Below, one piece after another: positions 31,707 through 41,138 of a stretch of 64,000 bases of DNA. The notes below the pieces were generated by a model that ran no database searches, was not told the origin of the DNA, and saw only the letters and a program-made list of their open reading frames with translations. Where the stretch lies: positions 64,001 through 128,000 of IMG/VR virus record IMGVR_UViG_3300010354_000045, one strand, 5' to 3'. Every line of letters starts with the position of its first letter. The stretch's first letter is position 1. A program made the position numbers and the translations under genes. This DNA comes from a virus.

Positions 31707-32352
31707 AGATATTGTTTACATACCACAACCTGAATCGTTAAGGTATTATGTATATTATAATAAAGACACTGGCAGAATAGATGGGATATCTTGTGGACTC
31801 CTTACATTAAAAGGTTTTGAAACATATTTAGAGATATCTTCAACATTATACGAAAAGTTAGATAAGAGTGCTGGAAAATTAGAAAAATATGTAGTTGCAC
31901 TAGATCCTAATTCTTCCATGCAACAGAATGGCAGTACATTTATTGAAACAGATAAAATTATATCTCCAGAAGTAGTTGATAAAATCACAAAAGAAACTGC
32001 TTTTAAAGGAAACGTTTTTAAATTAATTTTAGATGAAGTTACTAGTAGTACTGATTTAATAGTAGAATGGAATTTACCTTTAAAACAATGGACATTTTCA
32101 GTTAATGAATCTAGTAAGTTAAGGTTGCTTAATGAAAATTACAAATCTTCAAATTTAGTTTTTTTCGTTATCCTTGAAAATGACTTTGATTTTTTAATTC
32201 GAACAATTTATATTAAAGCTGGTGCTATTGCACTTAGTACAGTTCATATACCGTTTGAAAGTGCGTTTGAATTTAACATTAACAAAATTGCTATTGCAGC
32301 AAGGACTATTTTTGATAAACACGGTCTAAAGAAAGTGTATGAAACTAATTAA
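31699..32352 (+). CDS. Hypothetical protein in glycosyltransferase cluster
   Basis: 217-aa ORF overlapping both neighbours. Confidence 0.5.
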   Translation: MNEDIVYIPQPESLRYYVYYNKDTGRIDGISCGLLTLKGFETYLEISSTLYEKLDKSAGKLEKYVVALDPNSSMQQNGSTFIETDKIISPEVVDKITKETAFKGNVFKLILDEVTSSTDLIVEWNLPLKQWTFSVNESSKLRLLNENYKSSNLVFFVILENDFDFLIRTIYIKAGAIALSTVHIPFESAFEFNINKIAIAARTIFDKHGLKKVYETN

Positions 32353-33232
32353 AGTTATTGAACAAGATATTATTTTTCTTAGTTATGACGAACCTAATGC
32401 TGAGAAAAATTATGCAGATTTATGTAATAAATTTCCTTGGGCAAAACGAGTTCACGGAGTCAAAGGTAGTGATGCAGCTCATAAGGCCTGCGCTGCACTA
32501 AGTGATACAGAATACTTTATTACTGTAGATGCTGATAATATTGTAGATGCTGAATTTCTCGAAGTAGAGGTTAATTTAGATGAATTAGGATTAACTCCTG
32601 ATCATGTTTTTAGTTGGTGCGGTAAAGTTCATGTTAATGGTCTTATGTACGGAAACGGTGGATTAAAAATGTGGACACGTAAGTTTGTTAATAATATGCG
32701 TACACATGAAAACTCAGATCCTAATGACACTAAAGGATTAGTAGAGTTTTGTTTTGATGACAAATATTATCAATTTAATGAAAATTATTCAGAAAGTTTT
32801 ACGAATGACAGTCCATTTCAGGCTTGGCGTGCAGGATTTCGAGAAGGTGTAAAGATGTCGTTAGACCAAGGTGCTAAAGTATCGGATCTTAAAAATGTTT
32901 GGTGGCAAAATTATCATCGATTATTAATATGGTGCAATATAGGAGCAGATGTTGAAAACGGTATTTGGAGCATATTAGGAGCCAGAGAAGGCTGCTATAA
33001 AACTAATTGTACAGACTGGGATTATTCTAATGTTAGAGATTTCGAGTGGTTAACAAAATATTGGAATGAACAAGGTTACAGTACTGCAATCGACACAGAT
33101 TATCGCGTCAAGTGGTTGGGTCACGAACTTAAAACTAAATGTGATTTGCCAGTTTCTGATATTGATACTACTGCTTCGAAATTTTTTAAGACAGTATTTA
33201 ATAATAGTCCTCGAATAATTCGTAGAAGATAA
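32339..33232 (+). CDS. GT-A fold glycosyltransferase (GT2-like)
   Basis: IFLSYDEP, AKRVHGVKG and FITVDAD (DxD) motifs. Confidence 0.65.
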   Translation: MKLIKVIEQDIIFLSYDEPNAEKNYADLCNKFPWAKRVHGVKGSDAAHKACAALSDTEYFITVDADNIVDAEFLEVEVNLDELGLTPDHVFSWCGKVHVNGLMYGNGGLKMWTRKFVNNMRTHENSDPNDTKGLVEFCFDDKYYQFNENYSESFTNDSPFQAWRAGFREGVKMSLDQGAKVSDLKNVWWQNYHRLLIWCNIGADVENGIWSILGAREGCYKTNCTDWDYSNVRDFEWLTKYWNEQGYSTAIDTDYRVKWLGHELKTKCDLPVSDIDTTASKFFKTVFNNSPRIIRRR

Positions 33233-33903
33233 TGTACGACTTAATCTATATTTCATACAATGAACCCGCCGCCGATGAAAATTTTTCTAGGTTGCAGTCT
33301 CGATTTCCGTTAGCTAAAAGAGTACATGGAGTAAAAGGTATTCACCAAGCTCATATTGCTGCTGCCAAAAAAGTTTTTACTAAAATGTTTTGGGTAGTCG
33401 ATGCTGATGCAACTATATTAGATACATTTAACTTTAACTATGTAGTCCCCGAATGGGATTTAGATATTGTCCATGTTTGGAGAAGCCGTAATCCTATTAA
33501 CGGTTTAGAATACGGATACGGAGGTGTAAAATTATTGCCAAAACAACTGACTTTAAAAGTTGATACTACTAGTACTGATATGACAATGAGCATTAGTACA
33601 AAATTTAAAGTTATGGAAGAGGTAAGCAATATCACCTCGTTTAATACTGATCCTTTTAGTACTTGGAAATCAGCTTTTCGAGAGTGTTGTAAGTTAGCTA
33701 GTAAAGTACCCGATGTCGAAACTTCTTATAGATTAAAAGTGTGGTGCCATGTTGGCGAGGATCAACCGTTCGGAAAATATGCTATTGCTGGCGCACTCGC
33801 CGGCCGTGCATACGGTGAAAAAAATGCCGACGATTTGTCGGCATTAAGACTTATCAATGACTTTGATTGGCTACAAGATCAGTTTAATTTAACTAAATCT
33901 TGA
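33232..33903 (+). CDS. GT-A fold glycosyltransferase, paralogue of 32339..33232
   Basis: IYISYNEP, AKRVHGVKG, FWVVDAD, YGYGGVK and W.SAFRE motifs shared with the upstream gene. Confidence 0.65.
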   Translation: MYDLIYISYNEPAADENFSRLQSRFPLAKRVHGVKGIHQAHIAAAKKVFTKMFWVVDADATILDTFNFNYVVPEWDLDIVHVWRSRNPINGLEYGYGGVKLLPKQLTLKVDTTSTDMTMSISTKFKVMEEVSNITSFNTDPFSTWKSAFRECCKLASKVPDVETSYRLKVWCHVGEDQPFGKYAIAGALAGRAYGEKNADDLSALRLINDFDWLQDQFNLTKS

Positions 33904-34550
33904 GCCATAGGGAATATAGCAGAAATAGCTGTAGCACAAGCTCTAGCTACTTCCATATGTTCTTTTTGAGTACCATTTCCGGATCTTAATTCAATAAAAT
34001 GTATCCATGAACGTAGTGTACCATTCATGTACAAACGACTCTCAATAAGACCTTCGGGTAGCACTGCACGAGCTTGTTCTTTAGCAATGCCGTTATCAAT
34101 GGCCCATTGATAAGCCATACGTGCCTCAGTAATTACATTGTTTTGAATTTTATTCCAACGATTTTGCAGCTCAGTGTCTTCAATTTCTATACTGTTTTGT
34201 CTATTTTTAATATCCTGTAGTCTTGCTTCCCTTGTAACAAAGTTTAGGTCTTGAGTAGGATCGGCATATCGTTGACTAAACTCTTGGAAACTAAAACTAC
34301 GATGCCGAAGAATTTGTCTAGCAATATCTCTAGTAGTAGTAATTTCCATACATGCACTAACCATTTCTAATGGACTCCAGTGTGCATGTTTGACCAGATA
34401 CTTGATTAGTTTTTCACTAGTTTCGGTGTTAAATTGATTACTAGGATTGCTTACCCTTGCACAGTAAGCAATCAGTTCTTGAGCATCATCGATACCTTGT
34501 TCTGCAAAGTCTTTAGTTGGTTGTGAGTATGATACTAGTTTTACTTTCAT
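33879..34550 (-). CDS. thyX: Flavin-dependent thymidylate synthase
   Basis: Signature RQILRHRSFSFQEFSQRY; HWSPLE; ARAVLP. Confidence 0.96.
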   Translation of the reverse strand: MKVKLVSYSQPTKDFAEQGIDDAQELIAYCARVSNPSNQFNTETSEKLIKYLVKHAHWSPLEMVSACMEITTTRDIARQILRHRSFSFQEFSQRYADPTQDLNFVTREARLQDIKNRQNSIEIEDTELQNRWNKIQNNVITEARMAYQWAIDNGIAKEQARAVLPEGLIESRLYMNGTLRSWIHFIELRSGNGTQKEHMEVARACATAISAIFPMAQDLVKLN

Positions 34551-34867
34551 ATTTTTGCCTTATTAAAAAATTTAAGTGTTGATTTTATAACATCTTTCTT
34601 AACTTTACTAGTATCTAATTTAAAATCTACTTCGACAATTTTGCCATCGTAGCTACGACAGAACTCGGATAAGTTTCTTTCAAACTTTTCCCATCCTGCT
34701 TTTCGAACAGTAGCAGTTATTTTAATTTCCCAAATTTTTCCATCTTTAAATTTGATCAGAACTGCTTCTAAATAACCAAAAGGAAGCACATTCAGTTTAA
34801 CCTCACCGAATACTTCTGGCCAATGTTCGATAGCATCTTTGGGAAGGAGTCTCCCCAAAGATGTCAC
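34547..34867 (-). CDS. Hypothetical protein
   Basis: ORF with a 4-nt overlap to thyX. Confidence 0.55.
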   Translation of the reverse strand: MTSLGRLLPKDAIEHWPEVFGEVKLNVLPFGYLEAVLIKFKDGKIWEIKITATVRKAGWEKFERNLSEFCRSYDGKIVEVDFKLDTSKVKKDVIKSTLKFFNKAKI

Positions 34868-35490
34868 GATAATTCTTTAACCTTTTTCTTCGCAGGTGCT
34901 AGTTCTTCGGCCATCCTACGGAAATTAGCAGCTTCTTTAGCTAACTTATCAGCTTGGCTGCGATAAAATTTTGCCTTAGCCTCCGGGCTAGCATCTTCAT
35001 TTATTGTTGCAGTTACTGATTCTGTAGTAGATTCGTTAACACTAGCCGATGTTGTTTTACTAGGATCACTCGGCGGATCTTTTTTAACAACTCTTTCAGG
35101 GCCTGGTGCAATTGAAAGATCATCAACTGCTACTCCACGTTGTTCTGCAATAATCTGATTCAATTCAGAAAGAAGAAGACTAGTAGAAGTAGTAGGAGTC
35201 ATTTCAATTTGATTAGTAGGTACCTTAACTAATCGACCTTGAACGTGAAATGCTGCCAACATAGTACTGCCGTCTGGTAGTGTAGATCTAGCCATTGCCT
35301 CAGCAAATTCGTAAGCAGTTTGACCTGAGTTACTTTCGACTAGATTAATTAGTGAATCGTGATAGCTATCTGGCAAATTTTCAGTAGGTACAATTAGACA
35401 GCTATTAGCCTCTCCGGGCAAGGTGCGATATGCTACTACACACCTTTTTCCAGTAGATTTTACTCTACCTACATGTTTAAGGACTGCCAT
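34864..35490 (-). CDS. Hypothetical protein
   Basis: 208-aa coupled ORF. Confidence 0.6.
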   Translation of the reverse strand: MAVLKHVGRVKSTGKRCVVAYRTLPGEANSCLIVPTENLPDSYHDSLINLVESNSGQTAYEFAEAMARSTLPDGSTMLAAFHVQGRLVKVPTNQIEMTPTTSTSLLLSELNQIIAEQRGVAVDDLSIAPGPERVVKKDPPSDPSKTTSASVNESTTESVTATINEDASPEAKAKFYRSQADKLAKEAANFRRMAEELAPAKKKVKELS

Positions 35491-35723
35491 TATTGCTTTG
35501 CCTCTTCAGCTTGCTTGGCAACTTGATCTAAGAAATTAGTTAACTTAGTGTAAGTTTGTCCAACTGCAACCATTTCATTTGGCTTAAATGCACCTCTTGA
35601 ACTAGCAATGTCGATGATAACCTTCATTGCGTTAAGATCATTAATGTTTAGATCAGCTGACGGTGCTGTCTGTTCAGCGGTTTGCTGTTCTGGTGCCTGT
35701 GCGTTTTGCTCGGTTGTATTCAT
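35490..35723 (-). CDS. Hypothetical protein
   Basis: Strong AAGGAG RBS; IIDIASSRGAF motif. Confidence 0.6.
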   Translation of the reverse strand: MNTTEQNAQAPEQQTAEQTAPSADLNINDLNAMKVIIDIASSRGAFKPNEMVAVGQTYTKLTNFLDQVAKQAEEAKQ

Positions 35724-35754
35724 GAATTCTCCTTATAATGAATATCAATCTTAA

Positions 35755-36042
35755 TTATCTTGTTTGCGTAAATGGACAAGCAATCGTGAAAAAACTCAGT
35801 TCTTTTTCACTTTCAAATCCAATTCTTGTATTATAGACAATAGTATTTGTTTCATCTAAAGTTATACCTTGTCCTATATAATACCTATTATTTAAATTAG
35901 ACATTATCCATTGATTAACAGATCTGATTAAAGACGGATTGTATTTGTTTAATGTAGTATACTTAAAATGAGGGCAAGGTACCTTGACCCTCCTTAAATC
36001 AAAATAGTTGAGCGGATTAGGTTTTCCGTTCTTTAGAGCCAT
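35755..36042 (-). CDS. Hypothetical protein
   Basis: 95-aa ORF abutting the vWA gene. Confidence 0.55.
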   Translation of the reverse strand: MALKNGKPNPLNYFDLRRVKVPCPHFKYTTLNKYNPSLIRSVNQWIMSNLNNRYYIGQGITLDETNTIVYNTRIGFESEKELSFFTIACPFTQTR

Positions 36043-37227
36043 TTAAGCAGGTTCCTTTAGAGTTTCGTAATAAGCATATTCTCCAAAGGGAGGAACAATT
36101 TTATCATTCCCGTGAATGATAAAGACAGTATCGCAATAGATATCGTCTCCCCAACTACCGCAAGGGTACCCATCAGTAAACATGATAAACTTTTTAGGTT
36201 GAATATCATTAGACTTCATATATTGCCAATTAGCATCAAAGTCAGTGCCGCCGCCCCCTGCTGGCTCATATTCGTCAAATTCGTCCATTGTGTAACCGTC
36301 ATAATCTTTTTCATTATAAATTTCGGTATCAAAACACCAAAGCTTAATCTTAAAATCTTTGTATTCTTGCATAATACCTTTAATTTCACTTAAGAAGTCT
36401 TTGGCCTGCTCGTCACCAATAGAACCACTCATGTCAATAGCAACACAGATATCAATAGTTTCTTCGTAATTAGTACCTGGTAAGACAGCGTTCATGTGCC
36501 AACCCTTACGGTTAGGCCTGATAAATGTATAATCGTTTTTAATAGTGCTTTGGATTTGCTGACGAAGAATTTCTCGCCAATTCATTTTTGGCTCAGTAAA
36601 TTCTTTAATCATACGTGCAATGCTAGCAGGAACATTACCTGCACCCGCCGCCTGGGCCGCCTGCATAGTAGCTTCACGAATTTCATCTCGAATCTGTTTA
36701 AGTTCGTCTTTACTATATTGCGGACGATTTCCTTTGCCTTCTTCACCCCAATCAATATGATCATCGAGTAATTGTCCAAGAGCCTCTAACTCTTGCTCGT
36801 CCATTTCGTCAAAAATCTTGTCGTAGATTTCTTCTGCACCCATGCCGTAATATTTAGGATCGTGAAAAATCTTAATACCCGGAATATTATGATCTCCGAT
36901 TTTATCTCGTACAATTTGACCGTTAGCACAAAAGTCAGCGGCAATGTTAAAGATACGAGGATTACGACCTTCACGGCGATTCATATGATCGAACACGTTA
37001 TGGAGGATTTCGTGTGCAATGACAAACTCGACCTGTTTAACAGTCAACGGCTCAAAAAATTTACGATTAAAATAAATAGCCCTACCGTCAGTTGCCGCTG
37101 TAAAACACCAGTCTTCTGCTTCTTTAATCTGCAGGCGTGTAGCCATATTACCAAAGAACGGATGGCGAAGTAGTAGACCTACTCGTGCTACAATAATTTT
37201 ATCTATGATAGGGTCAAAATGTGCCAT
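36043..37227 (-). CDS. vWA-domain putative metallopeptidase (DUF2201-like)
   Basis: TAATDG, HEILH (HExxH), MIDAS motif DMSGS, GGGTDF, FTDG. Confidence 0.88.
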   Translation of the reverse strand: MAHFDPIIDKIIVARVGLLLRHPFFGNMATRLQIKEAEDWCFTAATDGRAIYFNRKFFEPLTVKQVEFVIAHEILHNVFDHMNRREGRNPRIFNIAADFCANGQIVRDKIGDHNIPGIKIFHDPKYYGMGAEEIYDKIFDEMDEQELEALGQLLDDHIDWGEEGKGNRPQYSKDELKQIRDEIREATMQAAQAAGAGNVPASIARMIKEFTEPKMNWREILRQQIQSTIKNDYTFIRPNRKGWHMNAVLPGTNYEETIDICVAIDMSGSIGDEQAKDFLSEIKGIMQEYKDFKIKLWCFDTEIYNEKDYDGYTMDEFDEYEPAGGGGTDFDANWQYMKSNDIQPKKFIMFTDGYPCGSWGDDIYCDTVFIIHGNDKIVPPFGEYAYYETLKEPA

Positions 37228-37254
37228 TGTTAATTCCTTTTTGCTAATGTATAT

Positions 37255-37283
37255 AGTATAACAGGACCCGGAGGTCCTGTCAA
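37255..37283 (-). promoter_or_regulatory. Sigma70-type promoter TTGACA-N17-TATACT
   Basis: Near-consensus, 17-bp spacer, upstream of the vWA gene. Confidence 0.8.
37261..37280 (-). terminator. 8-bp hairpin ACAGGACC-TCCG-GGTCCTGT downstream of the AAA gene, overlapping the promoter spacer
   Basis: Perfect inverted repeat; weak U-tract. Confidence 0.5.
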
Positions 37284-37299
37284 ATGGTATGTAACCAAA

Positions 37300-38388
37300 T
37301 TATTTCTCAGTTGCCTGCGAAATGTACTTACCAAATCGTGAATGGAATTCGTCAAAACATTTGATTTCGTCTGGATCCAACGGAAGCTTGTATTGGCTAA
37401 GTGCAACCTTAGTGCCCATAATAACAAGTTCTGTTTCAAAATTATCCATCATAAACTGGAAGAAATAGTTAACCTGATCATTCCAATTCTTAGCTTTACG
37501 ATCACAAGAATCTTTGAGTTCGTAGCACAAGCTAACAACCAAAGAATATTGAGCAGAAATTTCTTTACTGTCCATTTTCTTAACCTTGCCCGACAGTACG
37601 TCTGATGGATTAGGCATTTTAGCTGAATGTTTACGATGTGCCATAAACTTAACAGCAAGGCCTTCACCAACAGCACCGCTAACAAGGTCAGTTAACGTGC
37701 TTTCATCAGTGTCGTCGTCGATAAGAAGTTCGCTAACAAAAGACCAAGAACGGGGAGTAGCAAAGGCACGCGAGCTAGACTTGGGATCAAAGTCATACAG
37801 ATCTTTCTTACTAAAAGTCAGGAAACCAACAACGTCCTTATGAACTTTGTTTTCAGTAGCCCACTCAAAGTAATCTTCCCAGTCTACAGTCATTTCCAAG
37901 TGAACAAACCGGTTAGCCAGCGGAGCAGGCATACGATAAGTAACACCTTTGTCACTTTCGCGATTACCAGCGGCAACAATGCTAACATTGTCAGGCAAGC
38001 GATAAGTGCCAACACGGCGGTTCAAAACTAGTTGATAAGCCGCAGCCTGTACACTAGGTGCAGCCGAATTCATTTCGTCAAGAAACAGAATAATCTGTTT
38101 GTATTGAGAAGCAAGTTCTTCGTCGGGTAGTTCAATTGGCGGCGCCCACTCCATCTTGTTCGATGTAGAATTGAAATAAGGAATGCCCTTAATATCAGTA
38201 GGTTCCCAAAGACTCAATCGAACGTCAATAACATGAGCGTCGAGCTCTAGGCCCATTTGTTTGATAATGTCCGACTTGCCAATACCTGGGGGACCCCACA
38301 GGAATAGAGGACGTTTATTTTTAAAGGCTTTACGCAGAGACTTTTTTGCTGCTTTTGGCCCAACAGTGCGACTAATGATTTCTGCCAT
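37300..38388 (-). CDS. MoxR-like AAA+ ATPase
   Basis: Walker A GPPGIGKS, Walker B LFLDE, AAGNR, PLANRF, TPRSW. Confidence 0.92.
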   Translation of the reverse strand: MAEIISRTVGPKAAKKSLRKAFKNKRPLFLWGPPGIGKSDIIKQMGLELDAHVIDVRLSLWEPTDIKGIPYFNSTSNKMEWAPPIELPDEELASQYKQIILFLDEMNSAAPSVQAAAYQLVLNRRVGTYRLPDNVSIVAAGNRESDKGVTYRMPAPLANRFVHLEMTVDWEDYFEWATENKVHKDVVGFLTFSKKDLYDFDPKSSSRAFATPRSWSFVSELLIDDDTDESTLTDLVSGAVGEGLAVKFMAHRKHSAKMPNPSDVLSGKVKKMDSKEISAQYSLVVSLCYELKDSCDRKAKNWNDQVNYFFQFMMDNFETELVIMGTKVALSQYKLPLDPDEIKCFDEFHSRFGKYISQATEK

Positions 38389-38436
38389 TTTGTTTCCTTT
38401 AAGTTAACGGCGGGTGAAGTAATTTGCTATGTGTCT

Positions 38437-38465
38437 ATTATATGGCAGAAGTTGTGTAACGTCAA
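38437..38465 (-). promoter_or_regulatory. Sigma70-type promoter TTGACG-N17-TATAAT
   Basis: Near-consensus, upstream of the AAA gene, with an A-rich UP-like tract. Confidence 0.8.
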
Positions 38466-38482
38466 GCAGATTTTTTGAATTT

Positions 38483-38893
38483 TTAGTCAGTTTCGTCCAA
38501 ATTGCCTAATTCTTTTTGGCGTTCGTACATTGCCTTAATGAGTCCAAATTTTCTAATGTCGTCAGAAAACAACATTAGTTCGAAACTCTTTTTTTCGGAA
38601 AACACTGTAATACTTTGATTGGTTAGATAATATGGACAGTCAATATATTTTTCTAAAAAAATGATAGTCTGCGGACTTAGTTCAATTGGTTCAGTAAATG
38701 GAATTTCATAACATTGAACATTTAACGTTTCATTAAGGAATTCAAATCCTTCGTCACTTAATCTATATGCCGTATCTTTGCCCACTCGAGTAGATTGCCA
38801 CCATTTTCTGCCAAATAATTTTACATTAGCATCGTCAATGCTTTTGCCCCATTGTTGTAAAAAAATTTTAGTTAGGGCATTCTTAGAAATCAT
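38483..38893 (-). CDS. Hypothetical protein
   Basis: 136-aa coupled ORF. Confidence 0.55.
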   Translation of the reverse strand: MISKNALTKIFLQQWGKSIDDANVKLFGRKWWQSTRVGKDTAYRLSDEGFEFLNETLNVQCYEIPFTEPIELSPQTIIFLEKYIDCPYYLTNQSITVFSEKKSFELMLFSDDIRKFGLIKAMYERQKELGNLDETD

Positions 38894-39174
38894 TTAATAA
38901 TTTCGCCCTGAGTCAATTTAACTACTTGAAAATCTGAAGTTCCAAATGTTAAGTTAAGTTTCTTAGCTAAATTATGTGCATGTCCAGGATTGCTAAATGA
39001 CACTTTTTTATATTTAGGACCTGGATAATTTACTAGACTGTTAAATGTTTTAAGATTAAAGGGCTGTCCTTTGTAAAAGACAGCCCAAATAGCATCAGCT
39101 TCTAAAATCTGCTCTGCTTTATATGTTTTTTTATTAATATGTTCTAGTAATACTTTTGGTTTTGGTCTACTCAT
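38890..39174 (-). CDS. Conserved phage hypothetical protein
   Basis: MSRPKPKVLL...YPGPKYKKVSFSNPGHA. Confidence 0.6.
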   Translation of the reverse strand: MSRPKPKVLLEHINKKTYKAEQILEADAIWAVFYKGQPFNLKTFNSLVNYPGPKYKKVSFSNPGHAHNLAKKLNLTFGTSDFQVVKLTQGEIIK

Positions 39175-39201
39175 AAATGCGTCCTACATTAAGTACGCAT
39201 A

Positions 39202-39209
39202 TATTTATC
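39202..39209 (-). promoter_or_regulatory. Putative late promoter GATAAATA
   Basis: Identical octamer to those at 20559 and 63880; followed by a hairpin at 39177-39200. Confidence 0.6.
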
Positions 39210-39210
39210 A

Positions 39211-39459
39211 TTATTTTGTGTCTTCAAAACCTCCACCGTCCATAGTTACTGAAATAACTTCGGTGTTTACACTTTGTTTTAAATCGTTAAATAATGATTC
39301 GTAATCTCTTGTTAGTTTTTCTAAAACTTCTGCAAGGGCTAGGGATATTAATCTAGCCTGCTGAATGTTTATTTTTATTTCTTTACTTTGACTTAATTCA
39401 GCAGATCTTACCTGTTGAATAAATTGTGTGATAGGTGTTGTATTAATCTGATTTTGCAT
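39211..39459 (-). CDS. Hypothetical protein
   Basis: 82-aa ORF. Confidence 0.5.
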   Translation of the reverse strand: MQNQINTTPITQFIQQVRSAELSQSKEIKINIQQARLISLALAEVLEKLTRDYESLFNDLKQSVNTEVISVTMDGGGFEDTK

Positions 39460-39922
39460 TTGATAACACCATTTTCATTTCAAGTTCGCTTTTAAAAGGG
39501 CCTTTAAATGGATATCGTTCTACAGTAATTGCTTTAGGGCAAAAACTTTTGACCCAGCCTTTGTTAAATTTGATAATATAATATCCTGCACAGTACAAAC
39601 TTTTACTAGCATTACTTTTAGTAAAAAGGGGAAGCTTCCTTCTCACATCATACATGGCATTATAAGGTTTACATAGTGTTGGATATCCATGACATTCATA
39701 AGAGTCTACCGTTTGTATTTTGACTTTTGGTTTAGTAAGAAAAAAGTCTTTGCCAAATTGTTTAGTTAAGTCGTCTTTTTTGTTAAACATTACCTCGCCG
39801 GTAGTACTACTAAGAATAAATTTGTTATTTTCTTTTTTATGTAAAGTGGCAATTTTTTCTCCACTTTTTTCTACGATCCAAAATTTACCGTCTACAATTG
39901 GTTTTGCGTGTATCTCTGTCAT
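39443..39922 (-). CDS. Hypothetical protein
   Basis: Strong AGGAGG RBS; 159 aa. Confidence 0.6.
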   Translation of the reverse strand: MTEIHAKPIVDGKFWIVEKSGEKIATLHKKENNKFILSSTTGEVMFNKKDDLTKQFGKDFFLTKPKVKIQTVDSYECHGYPTLCKPYNAMYDVRRKLPLFTKSNASKSLYCAGYYIIKFNKGWVKSFCPKAITVERYPFKGPFKSELEMKMVLSNAKSD

Positions 39923-39937
39923 AACTCCTCCTGGAAA

Positions 39938-40150
39938 TTATTTATTTTTAGATTCATATTCTGAGATTGCTGCTCTTACATCACGTTGTAGAGCTTCCCA
40001 GTCAGTATGAAAATCAATACGACCGTCTTCGTGTTCAATTCTGGTACTGTGACTACCATGAGTAATTTTAGGCCACCCATTTGTAGGAACATTTGTCATT
40101 TCTGCTACGTCAGCAGATTCAATTACTTGAGTTTTCTTTTTTCTTGGCAT
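39938..40150 (-). CDS. Hypothetical protein
   Basis: GGAG RBS; 70 aa. Confidence 0.55.
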   Translation of the reverse strand: MPRKKKTQVIESADVAEMTNVPTNGWPKITHGSHSTRIEHEDGRIDFHTDWEALQRDVRAAISEYESKNK

Positions 40151-40151
40151 A

Positions 40152-41138
40152 TTACTCTCCTAAATACTTTGCTTGAAATGGTTCTGCATACTGCTGAATA
40201 TTGTCTGCAATTTTTTTCATATCCCATGCGTTGCAAAATTTAAGCATTCTGATTCCAACCTGAGATATATTTTTTTGAACACATCCTGATTTGATAGTTT
40301 CTTTAATTACTTCTTTAATATGATCTGGTTGATGTGAAAGGTCAATTAGTCTTCGATTTCTTTCATAGTCGTCTAACACACGATGTTCTTTACCCTCGTG
40401 ATCTACCCAGCGTTGAAGCATGAGATTATTCCAATTAAATCCTTTGCTTTTACGATCTTCAAAAGCTTCTGTAAGTCCAACTTTATTTTTAGTTCCTTTG
40501 ACACGCACACCAGGATATGCAGAAAACACGTTGTCGCTAGTATCACCCCGCATACATTTTTCAAATAGTAACCATTCTGGGTTTGGAATAGATTTAGGTT
40601 CCCCTGTTTTTTTATCTTTAACAAGTTTACCTTTAGCATCAAATATACCCTCGTGTGTAATATGATGCTCTTGTACTCCATTATACTGACTTACATTAGG
40701 AGAGATTAATTGCACAAAATCACTGTCTGTGGATATAATCACATGACGATCATTAGGATGACTTTGAATAAAACCAGCAATTAAATCGTCTGCTTCTAAT
40801 GTCGGATTATGAAGGACTGTACAGTTTGTCTTTTCGCTAATAAAAGATTTAAATTCGTCGAACGCTTCCCAAAAGAGTTTATCTTCTTCTTGCTCTTTAA
40901 GAGTTAGTGCTGCACGGCTTTCGGCACGATTTCTTTTATAAGGTTCGTAATAGTCTTTGCGCCAGCTACGACCTTCGAGACAGAAGACAACATGTTTCCC
41001 CTCAAAATCGTGCCAGGCTTTTTTAATTGAGTTAAAAGTAATATGAAACGCCATTCCTAGTTTAATATCACTAGATCCTTGGATTACATGGCGTGCTCTA
41101 AAAAATGTGTTTGCAGTATCAACTAGTATATAAGTCAT
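40152..41138 (-). CDS. rnh: T4-type RNase H / 5'-3' flap exonuclease
   Basis: ILVD..N, SWRKD..YK.NR, EADDLIA, ISTDSDFVQL and GDTSDNV FEN-family motifs. Confidence 0.9.
   Translation of the reverse strand: MTYILVDTANTFFRARHVIQGSSDIKLGMAFHITFNSIKKAWHDFEGKHVVFCLEGRSWRKDYYEPYKRNRAESRAALTLKEQEEDKLFWEAFDEFKSFISEKTNCTVLHNPTLEADDLIAGFIQSHPNDRHVIISTDSDFVQLISPNVSQYNGVQEHHITHEGIFDAKGKLVKDKKTGEPKSIPNPEWLLFEKCMRGDTSDNVFSAYPGVRVKGTKNKVGLTEAFEDRKSKGFNWNNLMLQRWVDHEGKEHRVLDDYERNRRLIDLSHQPDHIKEVIKETIKSGCVQKNISQVGIRMLKFCNAWDMKKIADNIQQYAEPFQAKYLGE

Noticed and set aside
523-33635. Short minus-strand ORFs in the structural block (e.g. 523..741, 16622..17005, 21678..22082, 24293..24652)
   Set aside because: Antisense shadows of long genes, with no recognisable motifs.
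33879-33903. 25-nt convergent overlap of thyX and the last glycosyltransferase as antisense regulation
   Set aside because: Short tail-to-tail overlaps are common in compact phage genomes, and there is no further evidence.
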